A stretch of DNA of 33,862 bases from a virus (IMGVR_UViG_3300017963_000216:1-33862), one strand, 5' to 3'; counted from the first letter of the stretch, positions 7,610-16,296 are shown. Made by a program: numbers and translations. The notes: generated by a model from the sequence alone, not told the origin.

Positions 7610-8766
7610 TCGACTCGTACAACATCTACGGCGGCGACGGAATCGACCAGGGGTCACGCACCCAGATGGACAACGCTATCGCCCTGCCGAGCGCACGCAA
7701 GGCAGCCCTGATGCCTGACGCGCACCTTGGCTACGGCCTGCCCATCGGCGGCGTGCTCGCCACCGAGGGAACCATACTGCCATATGGTGTCGGCATGGAC
7801 ATCGCCTGCCGCATGCGGATCACGCTGGCAGCTGCGCACCCTCTCATGCTCAACGTCCTGGAGGGCAACTGCCCGCAAGAGAACGCCTACCTGGACAAGG
7901 GGCTCCGTGAAGGCACCCGGTTCGGGATGGGCAACGACTACTCGCCCGGCGAGCGTCAGAGCCACCCGGTGATGGACGACCCAGAGTGGGACACAACACC
8001 GTTCCTCCGCGAGCTGAAAGACAAGGCGTGGAACCAACTCGGCACCAGCGGTGGCGGAAACCACTTCGTCGAGTGGGGCCTCTGCACATACAACACCCGA
8101 GAGTACATCGCTCTCATGTCTCACAGTGGGTCGCGAGGCTGCGGCCATCAGGTCTGCACACACTACACCAAGATCGCCAAGGAACTGAACCCGGCTGGCG
8201 AGTTGTCGTGGCTGGACCTGAACAGCGAGGCCGGGCAGGAATACTGGCACGCGATGAACCTGATGGGCCGCTACGCTGCGGCAAACCACGAGGTCATCCA
8301 TCGCAACGTGTTCCGTATCGCCGGTCTTGGGCGTGGGGCTCACGTAGAGAATCACCACAACTTCGCATGGATGGAAGAGCACGACGGCAAGGACCTGATC
8401 GTACACCGCAAGGGCGCGACCCCGGCAGCCATCGGCGACATGGGAGTGATCCCTGGTTCCATGGCCACCCCGGCGTACATCGTCTCAGGCAAAGGCAACG
8501 CTGATAGTATCTGCTCAGCGTCGCACGGTGCGGGACGGCTGATGAGCCGCAGCGCTGCTAAGAAGGCCTTCAACTGGCCTGAGTGGCAGGATTACCTGGG
8601 CGAGCGCGGCGTGCGATTGTTGCAGGGTGGCCTGGACGAAGTGCCGGGTGCCTACAAGGACATCACCAAGGTAATGGCAGCCCAGAGCGACTTAGTCGAC
8701 ATCGTAGGGGCGTTCATCCCGAAGATTGTTATGATGGCCCCACCCCAGAAACGAGGACGCCGATGA
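7606..8766 (+). CDS. rtcB: RtcB-family RNA ligase
   Basis: MPDAHLGYGLPIGGV, VGMDIAC, QLGTSGGGNHFVE, HSGSRG, NHHNFAW, VHRKGATPA, IPGSM, SASHGAGR, DEVPGAYKDI. Start set at 7606, not 7315. Confidence 0.95.
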   Translation: MIDSYNIYGGDGIDQGSRTQMDNAIALPSARKAALMPDAHLGYGLPIGGVLATEGTILPYGVGMDIACRMRITLAAAHPLMLNVLEGNCPQENAYLDKGLREGTRFGMGNDYSPGERQSHPVMDDPEWDTTPFLRELKDKAWNQLGTSGGGNHFVEWGLCTYNTREYIALMSHSGSRGCGHQVCTHYTKIAKELNPAGELSWLDLNSEAGQEYWHAMNLMGRYAAANHEVIHRNVFRIAGLGRGAHVENHHNFAWMEEHDGKDLIVHRKGATPAAIGDMGVIPGSMATPAYIVSGKGNADSICSASHGAGRLMSRSAAKKAFNWPEWQDYLGERGVRLLQGGLDEVPGAYKDITKVMAAQSDLVDIVGAFIPKIVMMAPPQKRGRR

Positions 8767-8906
8767 GACTACGACCTAGGCAACGACCAGCCGAGACCCT
8801 TCCACAGTTTCGACACCGGATGAAGTCCGAAGGATTCCAATGGTGTATGGATAGACTGGAGTGGCACACAGACTGGTGCACCTCTTACCCGAATTGGATT
8901 TGGTAA
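8763..8906 (+). CDS. small Trp-rich hypothetical protein (47 aa)
   Basis: ATGA and TAATG overlaps. Confidence 0.5.
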   Translation: MRLRPRQRPAETLPQFRHRMKSEGFQWCMDRLEWHTDWCTSYPNWIW

Positions 8907-9172
8907 TGTTCACAGTGTGCTGGTATTGTATGAGAACGGTGTCCGTTGACAAGAACAACCTGCTGGGCTGCCACGTAGACAACGGATGGATTCGAGGCCG
9001 GAAGGCAGTGCGATGCAAAGGCTTCAAGACGGAGGCCCGGTGGGTTGAGAAGCACAAACTAAGTGCCATGGGCCGGAATCGCCAAGGGGTGTGCATGGCC
9101 TGTGGCGAAACAGAAACCAATCGGGAGTGCCCCCAGTGCTGCCGTGAAAAACGATGGGAAAACAACAAATGA
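8906..9172 (+). CDS. Cys-rich zinc-binding hypothetical protein
   Basis: CWYC, CMAC, CPQC motifs. Confidence 0.65.
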   Translation: MFTVCWYCMRTVSVDKNNLLGCHVDNGWIRGRKAVRCKGFKTEARWVEKHKLSAMGRNRQGVCMACGETETNRECPQCCREKRWENNK

Positions 9173-9618
9173 ATCGCAACGCTTTCTTTGACATCATCAA
9201 CGCCCGCTCGGCGGCTTATGCCGAGGCCAACGCCTACGACGAAGCGATCAGGTCCGCCTCCAAGGCGTGCAACGCCGTAATCGACGGCAAGCAACGCGAG
9301 CCGTGCGACTCGCACAGTTACAAAATCGAGGAGATACTTCGGTACGGCCACAAGTTCATCATCAAGTTCACCGATGGCTCGTGGCTGGGCGTCACCGCAG
9401 ACGACTGCGAGTACGACAACGAAGGGCTGCAATACAACGAGCGACTCAGCTACGATGACGCCTACAAGCTGGGCATCCTCACCGAGGAGTTGTACGGAGC
9501 GTGGCGTGAGGCCTGCGAGAACAAGACGAGCCGCGAGAAGAACACCCGAGGCATGACGGCCTTGCAAGAGGCTATGACCTGCCTCGGCACCGAACGCATC
9601 AAGGAACTGGTCAAATGA
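9169..9618 (+). CDS. hypothetical protein
   Basis: ATGA overlaps; strong coding-like codon bias. Confidence 0.75.
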   Translation: MNRNAFFDIINARSAAYAEANAYDEAIRSASKACNAVIDGKQREPCDSHSYKIEEILRYGHKFIIKFTDGSWLGVTADDCEYDNEGLQYNERLSYDDAYKLGILTEELYGAWREACENKTSREKNTRGMTALQEAMTCLGTERIKELVK

Positions 9619-9797
9619 ATCCACTCACAATCCTAGCATCACAGTCGCTTCACGACTGGCAAGCAGAAGCTAAGGCCGCTGGCTATGACGACACCTATGA
9701 GTACGTCGCCAAGCACACCGGGGCAACGCGACACGAAGTGAAGAACCTTTTCTTCGCTCAGTTGTACGGCGGACCTGGAACAATGAGGAAATACTGA
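9615..9797 (+). CDS. 60-aa protein resembling the family A DNA polymerase fingers (motif B/O-helix)
   Basis: TRHEVKNLFFAQLYGG fits R-x3-K-x3-F-x3-YG, preceded by a D(T/I)(Y/H)-like segment DDTY. Confidence 0.55.
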   Translation: MNPLTILASQSLHDWQAEAKAAGYDDTYEYVAKHTGATRHEVKNLFFAQLYGGPGTMRKY

Positions 9798-10384
9798 TGA
9801 ACCACTGGCGCACCATCCGATACACTGACGACGGCTGTTACCTGTACGAGTGCCTCTCCTGCAAAGAGCGGTGGGAAGCTCGGCAGGCTCCCGGCTACTA
9901 CGACCAGTGGGTCGACACAGAGGTGCAAGTGGAGGGTGGCTGGACCACCACGAGCAGCGGCGTGCCTCACCACTACGCCAAGCGCGCTGTGCCCGTGTAC
10001 GTGCCGCACTGGCGGTTCTGCCCTTACTGCGGCACCACGTGGAAAGGCCCCATCCGTTGCGACATCGACAACCCATACATGTATGGCGAGCGGCGTAAGC
10101 TGGCCTACAACTGCGACCGTGGTGGCTACTGCAACCCGGATTACTGGTACTGCATCATGGTGTCCGAGGGGCGGCAACCCTACATCACCTCCAAGGTGGA
10201 CCCGCGAGAGCACAGCATCATCGAGGTGCATGAGTTCGTCAAGCGGAAGAACGCCGAGGCAGAACCCGAGTTGAGGTGGCGTGGCAATACGCCAGAAGAG
10301 GTGAAAACCATATACTCCATCCGCATCATGAAGGACAGTGCGATGGAGCTTCGAGGTTATGTCCGTTCGGAGTACATTCGATGA
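9797..10384 (+). CDS. zinc-ribbon hypothetical protein
   Basis: YECLSC...FCPYCG. Confidence 0.75.
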   Translation: MNHWRTIRYTDDGCYLYECLSCKERWEARQAPGYYDQWVDTEVQVEGGWTTTSSGVPHHYAKRAVPVYVPHWRFCPYCGTTWKGPIRCDIDNPYMYGERRKLAYNCDRGGYCNPDYWYCIMVSEGRQPYITSKVDPREHSIIEVHEFVKRKNAEAEPELRWRGNTPEEVKTIYSIRIMKDSAMELRGYVRSEYIR

Positions 10385-10689
10385 GAGAAGCAATTAAGAA
10401 GTACGTTGCCCTGAAGCTGGGGTTCAGCACGGTCGTCCACATCAGCGGCAGCCTGCACGACGAACTCGAAGAGACCCGCAAGGCTTACCACAAGGCAGAG
10501 GTCACCGTCGGAATGGACGAAGGCGCTCTAGCCAAGTGCATCGAACTCGGCATGGACTGCTACACCACCAACTCGTGGAAGAGCAACCTGCGGGAAGCCA
10601 AAGCCAAGCGCAAGGTGGCGAAACGCAAGTACGAGGAAACCCTGGCTGCCTACCGAGACTTCCAGGACGCGAGAGAGGTGTGTGGATAA
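10381..10689 (+). CDS. helical/coiled-coil hypothetical protein
   Basis: GGAG RBS, ATGA overlap. Confidence 0.7.
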   Translation: MREAIKKYVALKLGFSTVVHISGSLHDELEETRKAYHKAEVTVGMDEGALAKCIELGMDCYTTNSWKSNLREAKAKRKVAKRKYEETLAAYRDFQDAREVCG

Positions 10690-10856
10690 TGTACAGATTT
10701 CTCATCAATCTATTCGGGTTGTCCTTTCGTCGTAGGCAGCCCTGGCGGAATGACATTGCTCATTTTGACGTCAACGCGGTGATGGCCCGTGACAGGGCTC
10801 GGTTTGAGAGGCGGAGGCTCCTGGCTTTGCAGGTCTGCACAAAGAGCGAGAAATAA
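10689..10856 (+). CDS. small basic hypothetical protein
   Basis: TAATG overlap; ends just before the promoter. Confidence 0.5.
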   Translation: MYRFLINLFGLSFRRRQPWRNDIAHFDVNAVMARDRARFERRRLLALQVCTKSEK

Positions 10857-10860
10857 TTAT

Positions 10861-10896
10861 TTGACACGTCCGTTTCTCGGTGTATGCTTTAGGTAG
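10861..10896 (+). promoter_or_regulatory. sigma70-type promoter (subtype A)
   Basis: TTGACA(10861-10866)-N16-TATGCT(10883-10888)-TTAGGTAG, then an A/C-rich leader and AGGAG RBS. Confidence 0.85.
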
Positions 10897-10932
10897 ACGA
10901 AACAACAAACAACTCAACCAGGAGACACAACG

Positions 10933-12312
10933 ATGGCCTTACTTCTTATCCAGAATCGCGGAGAGTGCCCAGAGGAAGCTTTCACTTTAATGGGTGCCAG
11001 CCTCAGTCGCTCGGACGACGGCCTGCTCGGTCAGTTCGGCAGTGGTGCCAAGCTCGCCATCTGCACGCTGCTCCGCATGGGCAAGAGAGTCATCATTTAT
11101 TCGGGCAAGACCCGCATGGAGTTCAAATGTCGGACAATCGAAATCAGCGACGACATCGAGTCGCAGCAGAAGGAGCGCGTCTTCGTCCAGTACGGCGGCA
11201 CCTCCACCCGCAAGGAAGACCTGGGCTGGGTCGTTGACATGGGTGCCATCGACTGGAAATGCAACCTGGACATGGCCATCCGGGAATTTGCGGCCAACGC
11301 CATCGACCACACCGTCAAGCGTGGGGATGACCTGAAGGAAGCCCGCGCCAACCGCGACCTGTGTGTCGAGATCGTTCCGGACGGCCTTCGTAAAGCACAG
11401 AAGGGATTTACAAGGGTGTACATCGAGTCGTGCGAGAAGTGCGAAGAGTATGTGGACGCACTGCCCCGCAAGTTCCTGCAATTCAGCAACCAGCCGCTGA
11501 ACCAGCCGATCATGCCCAAGATCAACCCGCTCAATAAGAAGGTGCAAGTGTACCTCTGCGGAGCGTTCGTCTGCGAGCTGAAGGACAGTGCGGACAGCAT
11601 GTTCGACTACAACTTCCGCAAGGACCAGATCGCCATCGACGAGAGTCGCAACCTGGGCGAGTACGCGGCCCGTGCCGCCATCGCCAAGCTGTACAAGGAT
11701 GCACCCGCCGTGACGCTCAGCAAGGTGTTCCAAGCCCTGCTGGACGGTGTGGCGTGCCTTGAGACAGGGCTCGACACTTACTACATCAAGCCGGATTGGT
11801 CCGGTGCGAGAGACAGTCAGAAGACACGCTGGCAAGACGCCTGGGCTTCCTGCCACGCCGACGACGCTGTCATCTGCTCTGGGCAGAGCAACGTGGTGGA
11901 GAAGTACGCCAAGCAGAAGGGCTATGTCCTGGGCTCGGTGAGCAACTCAAGCTGGGTCGAGTGTGCCAGCCAGTACGGAATCAAGACCATCACCGACGTG
12001 CTGGATGTGGACGAACGAGAAGGCCGCGTCACACAGCCGCCCACCCTCGAAGCGGAAGCGGCGTTCGTCAAGGCGAGCCAGTTCATGGCTGACCGAGACC
12101 TGCTCGACACCCCGTGCACGGTGTGCGGATTCACTGAAGAGAAGAGCGAGACCGAAGCCTACTACCGCGAGTCGGTCGTGTACATCCGAACCGACGTGTT
12201 CGACAACCTGGAGTCCCTGTGCATTGAGCAGCTGGCCAAGCACAACGTCCGAACCAACAGCGCCCGCATGACGTCCGACGTCCTCCTGCTGGCCTGTGTC
12301 AGGAGCATGTAA
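10933..12312 (+). CDS. GHKL (HATPase-like) ATPase domain protein with rearranged motif order
   Basis: G-box LMGASLSRSDDGLLGQFGSGAK at aa 19-40; N-box-like AIREFAANAID at aa 115-125. Confidence 0.7.
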   Translation: MALLLIQNRGECPEEAFTLMGASLSRSDDGLLGQFGSGAKLAICTLLRMGKRVIIYSGKTRMEFKCRTIEISDDIESQQKERVFVQYGGTSTRKEDLGWVVDMGAIDWKCNLDMAIREFAANAIDHTVKRGDDLKEARANRDLCVEIVPDGLRKAQKGFTRVYIESCEKCEEYVDALPRKFLQFSNQPLNQPIMPKINPLNKKVQVYLCGAFVCELKDSADSMFDYNFRKDQIAIDESRNLGEYAARAAIAKLYKDAPAVTLSKVFQALLDGVACLETGLDTYYIKPDWSGARDSQKTRWQDAWASCHADDAVICSGQSNVVEKYAKQKGYVLGSVSNSSWVECASQYGIKTITDVLDVDEREGRVTQPPTLEAEAAFVKASQFMADRDLLDTPCTVCGFTEEKSETEAYYRESVVYIRTDVFDNLESLCIEQLAKHNVRTNSARMTSDVLLLACVRSM

Positions 12313-12566
12313 TGATACTGGGCAGCTACAACAAGCAGCACTGCGGAGCCATCAAAGTCACCTCAGGACTCTTCGTCCTGGGTGACCAAGTGGACATCAA
12401 CGGCGTCACCTACACGGTCATCAGCACCGACGGGATGATCAGCCCTGGGGTGTACGGCCTGTGGTTGGACCGCCCGCTGGAGGCCGACGTCCGAGACCTG
12501 GACAGCATCAAATATGTGGGCAAGTGGCCCGCAAGCAAATACTTCGTCTTCGGAGGCAAGTCATGA
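12312..12566 (+). CDS. small beta-rich hypothetical protein
   Basis: TAATG overlap; GDQVDINGVTYTV...LDRPL. Confidence 0.7.
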   Translation: MILGSYNKQHCGAIKVTSGLFVLGDQVDINGVTYTVISTDGMISPGVYGLWLDRPLEADVRDLDSIKYVGKWPASKYFVFGGKS

Positions 12567-12829
12567 AATACCTACTCGCCTCGTACCAGATCATCGACGC
12601 CGTCATCTATCACCCAGAGTCCTGCAAGCCGGTCTACGTCGAGACCAGCCACGACATACTCGCGCTCATCAACGCGCACATGAAGGACAACTACTGGGAC
12701 GAAGAGATCACGTCCACCCGGATTGATCTCGACAAGCTGACCGTGATCATCAAAACCGAAGACACTGACGGGAAGTTCACCAACACCCGCACCTTTTACC
12801 TGATCCCAATCCAGAGGTACGTCGGATGA
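12563..12829 (+). CDS. hypothetical protein
   Basis: GGAGG RBS; overlaps at both ends. Confidence 0.7.
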   Translation: MKYLLASYQIIDAVIYHPESCKPVYVETSHDILALINAHMKDNYWDEEITSTRIDLDKLTVIIKTEDTDGKFTNTRTFYLIPIQRYVG

Positions 12830-13677
12830 AAACTCACACTTTCTCCATCGTCGTCGGCACCCGTGCCTGCAACTTCAAGTGCCCGTTCTGTGTCAGCAAG
12901 ATGACCTGCCGGTCTGCGAAGAAGCACGACATCAACTGGAACCGGTTCGATATAGCCTGCCGGATCGCAGAGCAAGCACGTGACGGTCTGGTGAACGCCA
13001 TGTTCACAGGCACTGGCGAGCCCACCCTGTTTCCGGACGACATCACCGACATGCTGCACATCATGAACAAGCGGTTCCCGCTGGTGACGTTGCAGACAAA
13101 CGGTGCACTGTTGACACAGATCCAGCTAAACAAGTGGGCAGCCCTAGGGCTCACAGGGGTGTGTCTGTCGGTGGCCGACTACGACCACACCAACAGCAAC
13201 AAGCTCATGGGAATGGAAGGGCTAGACTACAACTTCTGGGCCGCAGTCGACATGATACATGAGGCTGGCCTGATGGTGCGGCTGAACTGCACCATGGTGA
13301 AGGGTGGCGTCGCCAACACGCACGCAGTTGAGAACCTGATCACCGTCTGCAAGGACAACGAGGTCGAGCAACTGACGCTGCGTGAGGTCGACCGACCCGG
13401 CAACCCCGCTGGTGCACCTGAGGTGGCCGACTGGGTGGACGCCCACAAGCCTGACGGCTTCGCCAAGGAACTGTTCAACTACCTGACGTACCGTGGTGGC
13501 AACCGGCTGCCAGACCTGCCGCACGGCGGCGTGGTGTTCGACTACCGAGATCAGAACGTCTGCATCTCCAACTGCCTGACCGAGTCGCGAGACCCGAACG
13601 ACATCCGGCAAATCATCTTCTTCCCCAACGGGGAGATCAGCTACGACTGGAAGTACAAGGGGGCACGAATACTGTGA
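12826..13677 (+). CDS. radical SAM enzyme
   Basis: CNFKCPFC (Cx3Cx2C), FTGTGEPTL (GGE-like motif), LQTNG. Confidence 0.9.
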   Translation: MKTHTFSIVVGTRACNFKCPFCVSKMTCRSAKKHDINWNRFDIACRIAEQARDGLVNAMFTGTGEPTLFPDDITDMLHIMNKRFPLVTLQTNGALLTQIQLNKWAALGLTGVCLSVADYDHTNSNKLMGMEGLDYNFWAAVDMIHEAGLMVRLNCTMVKGGVANTHAVENLITVCKDNEVEQLTLREVDRPGNPAGAPEVADWVDAHKPDGFAKELFNYLTYRGGNRLPDLPHGGVVFDYRDQNVCISNCLTESRDPNDIRQIIFFPNGEISYDWKYKGARIL

Positions 13678-13820
13678 TGAGTGAACGAGCGAATAAGATT
13701 CGCGACATGCGACCCAAGCCTGCCGCGCTCATGGTCTTCCAGTGGGTGAAGACTGGAGTCATCGGGGCTCGCGAGTTCTACGAGTTGGCCGAACTGATTT
13801 ACGAGGACCTCAATGTATAG
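13677..13820 (+). CDS. small hypothetical protein (47 aa)
   Basis: MSERANKIRDMRPKPAALMVFQWVKTGVIGAREFYELAELIYEDLNV; TGATG overlap. Confidence 0.55.
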   Translation: MSERANKIRDMRPKPAALMVFQWVKTGVIGAREFYELAELIYEDLNV

Positions 13821-14277
13821 CTACCCAGCAGCACCTGACGACGGCACCGACCGACAAGTGACAGTGATCCTGACCGACCAGGGTGGTGACATCATCAACG
13901 ACGCCCTAGAGCTGACGTGGTCGCACGCTCTGATCTACCTGGACAACGACTGGATCTACGAGGCCACTTGGCCATGGGTGCGGAAGACGAACCCCTGGGA
14001 CGGCAGGGCTCTCGGCAAGGCCACCAAGGTCGAGCACTTCGAGCTGTTCGTGACAGAGCAGCAGCAACAAGACATGATCAAGTACGCCGAGTCGCAACTC
14101 GGCAAGCTGTACAACTTCTGGGGATACTTCTTCCCGAAGTTCTACAACAAGACGTACGGCGTCTACTGCTCGCAGTATGTCTGCCAAGTGTTACGGGCGG
14201 GTGACATCAACATTCCAATCGGTGCTGGCTACAGCCCCGACAAACTTCTCAAAACATTAAGGGTTTACAACCGATGA
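13813..14277 (+). CDS. permuted papain-like NlpC/P60 enzyme (YiiX/YebB-like)
   Basis: His before Cys: WSHALIY...IYEA...YAESQLGKLYN...YCSQYV. Confidence 0.8.
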   Translation: MYSYPAAPDDGTDRQVTVILTDQGGDIINDALELTWSHALIYLDNDWIYEATWPWVRKTNPWDGRALGKATKVEHFELFVTEQQQQDMIKYAESQLGKLYNFWGYFFPKFYNKTYGVYCSQYVCQVLRAGDINIPIGAGYSPDKLLKTLRVYNR

Positions 14278-14648
14278 AATCTCTCGAAGACCTAATCCAG
14301 CCGGGCAAACAACTCTGCATCCGGAAGCACTCGGCCCCTGGCATGTCCGGCTACTCATGTACCATCCGCGAGATCCCTGAATGTGAGGAGTCGTTTTCGT
14401 GGGGCGAGGCCGGACACAGCGAGAAGCCTTTGTGTGCTGTGAACAACTTCGTGGCTCTGCAAAACGGCATCGGGGTCTTCCGGGAAACAAGCGAGTTCAA
14501 GGAACTCACCTTGACCGGTGATCAAGTCCAGAAAGTGAAAGCGGCACTCAATGGTCTCAAAGTGGACAAGTACGGGGACGTCATCGTCACCTGCTCGCTT
14601 AGTGCGAAGGTGGACGACGCGCTCGCCATCATTGGAGCGCAACGATGA
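14274..14648 (+). CDS. hypothetical protein
   Basis: ATGA overlaps. Confidence 0.7.
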   Translation: MKSLEDLIQPGKQLCIRKHSAPGMSGYSCTIREIPECEESFSWGEAGHSEKPLCAVNNFVALQNGIGVFRETSEFKELTLTGDQVQKVKAALNGLKVDKYGDVIVTCSLSAKVDDALAIIGAQR

Positions 14649-15187
14649 AGTGCAACAAGTACCAGAAACTGGCGTTGAAGTCTGTGGACTATGGCTGCGG
14701 GCGACCCATTGAGTACCCACCCTACGGCCTGTGCGGCGAGATGGCTGAGGTGCTCAGTGAGTTCCACTCATGCTCTCACGGTGACGATGACGCGTTACTG
14801 CTTGAGATCGGCGATTGCCTGTGGTATATCTCTGCCATGTCCGACGACATAGGGCTGAAGCTGAGCTATGTCCTCGACGTGAAAGACCTCAAGGATGTTG
14901 TTCCGTACCCGTGCCCAGCTAGCAACCTCCCCATCTTCTGTGGGACGGTGGCAGAGCAAGTGAAGAAGATGGTGCGCGACGACTGTAAGCGTCTTTCCAC
15001 CGCCAGGATGAACAAGATCGTAGGGGCCTTACGAGGTGCGGCGAGATGTCTGCAAGGGCTCGCCAACGAACGGGAGGTGGTGCTGGATCGCAAGGGCAAC
15101 CTGATAGGTTACAGCCTGAACGAAGCCGCCTACCTGAACCTCGACAAGCTAAAGACCAAACGAGAGAAGAAAGGCAGTGTAGGATGA
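14645..15187 (+). CDS. MazG-like nucleotide pyrophosphohydrolase
   Basis: YQKLA...YGLCGEMAEV...LLLEIGDCLWYI; second half VAEQVKKMVRD...NLDKL. Confidence 0.8.
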   Translation: MKCNKYQKLALKSVDYGCGRPIEYPPYGLCGEMAEVLSEFHSCSHGDDDALLLEIGDCLWYISAMSDDIGLKLSYVLDVKDLKDVVPYPCPASNLPIFCGTVAEQVKKMVRDDCKRLSTARMNKIVGALRGAARCLQGLANEREVVLDRKGNLIGYSLNEAAYLNLDKLKTKREKKGSVG

Positions 15188-16104
15188 GCAGCATCGTTGA
15201 ATCACTGGCCAACAAAGGCCTGATCGACCCGCCAGACTTCGTGAAGTCCAACACCATGTACGAGTGCGTGGTGGGGTCTGTGGCATACGGCTGTGCCACC
15301 AACCTGAGCGACTACGACACCAACGGCTTCTGCATCCCGCCGAAGAACGTTGTGTTCCCTCACCTGAAGGGAGAGATCGAAGGCTTCGGTCGACAGAAGA
15401 AGCGATTCGGTGGCTGGCAGAAGCACCATGTGTTCGACAAGGACGCCTTGGGCGGCAAAGGCCGAGAGTACGACCTGAACATCTACAACATCGTCAACTA
15501 CATGCACCTGTGCATGGAGAACAACCCCAACATGGTGACGACGTTGTTCGTGCCTCGCGAGTGCGTTCTGTCGACCACCTCGGTCGGCGAGATGGTGCGA
15601 GAGGCCCGCCACAAGTTCCTGCACAAGGGCGCGTGGCACCGGTACAAGGGCTACAGCTACGCCCAGCTGCACAAGATGAAGGGGAAGAACCCGGAGCCCG
15701 GCAGCAAGCGGGACAAGCTACGGAAAGAGTTCGGGTTCGACGTGAAGTTCGGCTACCACACCGTCCGGCTTCTGTACGAGGCCGAGATGATCCTGAACGA
15801 GCACGACATCGACCTGCGGCGGCATCGGGAGCACCTGAAGAGCATCCGGCGTGGCGAGCAGACGATGGACGACATCATCGCCTGGGCGAGCAGCAAAGAG
15901 AAGGCCCTTGAGAAGGCCTACGAGGCCAGCTCGCTGCGTCACAGCCCAGACCAGCCCGCCATCAAGACTCTGCTGTTGGACTGCTTAGAGCACCACTACG
16001 GCAGCCTGGAGGCATCTGTGGTCCGGCCCGACGAGCTGACCCTGATCCTGGACAACATTACTGAACAAGTTCGCAAGTACGAAAGGGTACGTGACCGCAA
16101 ATAA
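15184..16104 (+). CDS. DNA polymerase beta-superfamily nucleotidyltransferase (RlaP/YcgL-like)
   Basis: VVGSVAYGCATNLSDYDTNG (GS-x-AYG...SDxD), NPNMVTTLF, KFGYHTVRL. Confidence 0.85.
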   Translation: MSSIVESLANKGLIDPPDFVKSNTMYECVVGSVAYGCATNLSDYDTNGFCIPPKNVVFPHLKGEIEGFGRQKKRFGGWQKHHVFDKDALGGKGREYDLNIYNIVNYMHLCMENNPNMVTTLFVPRECVLSTTSVGEMVREARHKFLHKGAWHRYKGYSYAQLHKMKGKNPEPGSKRDKLRKEFGFDVKFGYHTVRLLYEAEMILNEHDIDLRRHREHLKSIRRGEQTMDDIIAWASSKEKALEKAYEASSLRHSPDQPAIKTLLLDCLEHHYGSLEASVVRPDELTLILDNITEQVRKYERVRDRK

Positions 16105-16108
16105 ACAT

Positions 16109-16247
16109 TCTACCGTAGTGTTAATGGTGAGCATGACTTAGCCGACGGGCTGGGCCCCAGCGAAGGCGCACTCCTACCATGGGAGGAGAAAGTCGCAAGC
16201 ATGCCGGTTTCAACCCGGTGGAGGTGGTTCGATCCCACCCGGTAGGA
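16109..16247 (+). tRNA. atypical tRNA-like RNA with UCA anticodon-like arm and 68-nt insertion
   Basis: Acceptor TCTACCG/CGGTAGG + A; D-arm GTGT-TAATGGTGA-GCAT; T-arm GGTGG-TTCGATC-CCACC; arm GCCGG-TTTCAAC-CCGGT at 16203-16219; no encoded CCA. Confidence 0.6.
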
Positions 16248-16250
16248 CTC

Positions 16251-16283
16251 AACCCGGAGAAGGGAAACTTTCTTCGGGTTTTT
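16251..16283 (+). terminator. intrinsic terminator
   Basis: AACCCGGAGAAGG-GAAA-CTTTCTTCGGGTT then TTT; 13-bp stem including G-U pairs. Confidence 0.8.
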
Positions 16284-16296
16284 CTATGCGCTTTAC

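Noticed and set aside
7654-11856. Long antisense ORFs (7654-8406, 8776-9624, 10987-11856 and similar ones elsewhere)
   Set aside because: They shadow motif-bearing genes on the other strand, as expected from GC-rich codon bias; no RBS or motifs.
12826-13677. Viperin or QueE/MoaA assignment for the radical SAM gene
   Set aside because: Only the generic Cx3Cx2C and GGE-like motifs are visible; subfamily-specific residues cannot be confirmed without a search.
16203-16219. UCA anticodon as evidence of genome-wide UGA recoding
   Set aside because: Many genes end at TGA in ATGA/TGATG overlaps with the next start (for example 3979, 4215, 12826, 31642), and conserved enzymes are uninterrupted, so UGA acts as a stop.
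16109-16247. Selenocysteine tRNA or YrlA Y-RNA
   Set aside because: The acceptor is 7 bp, and the extra domain lies 5' of the UCA arm rather than being a variable arm. The acceptor is formed by the RNA ends, unlike YrlA, and no Ro/Rsr gene is seen.
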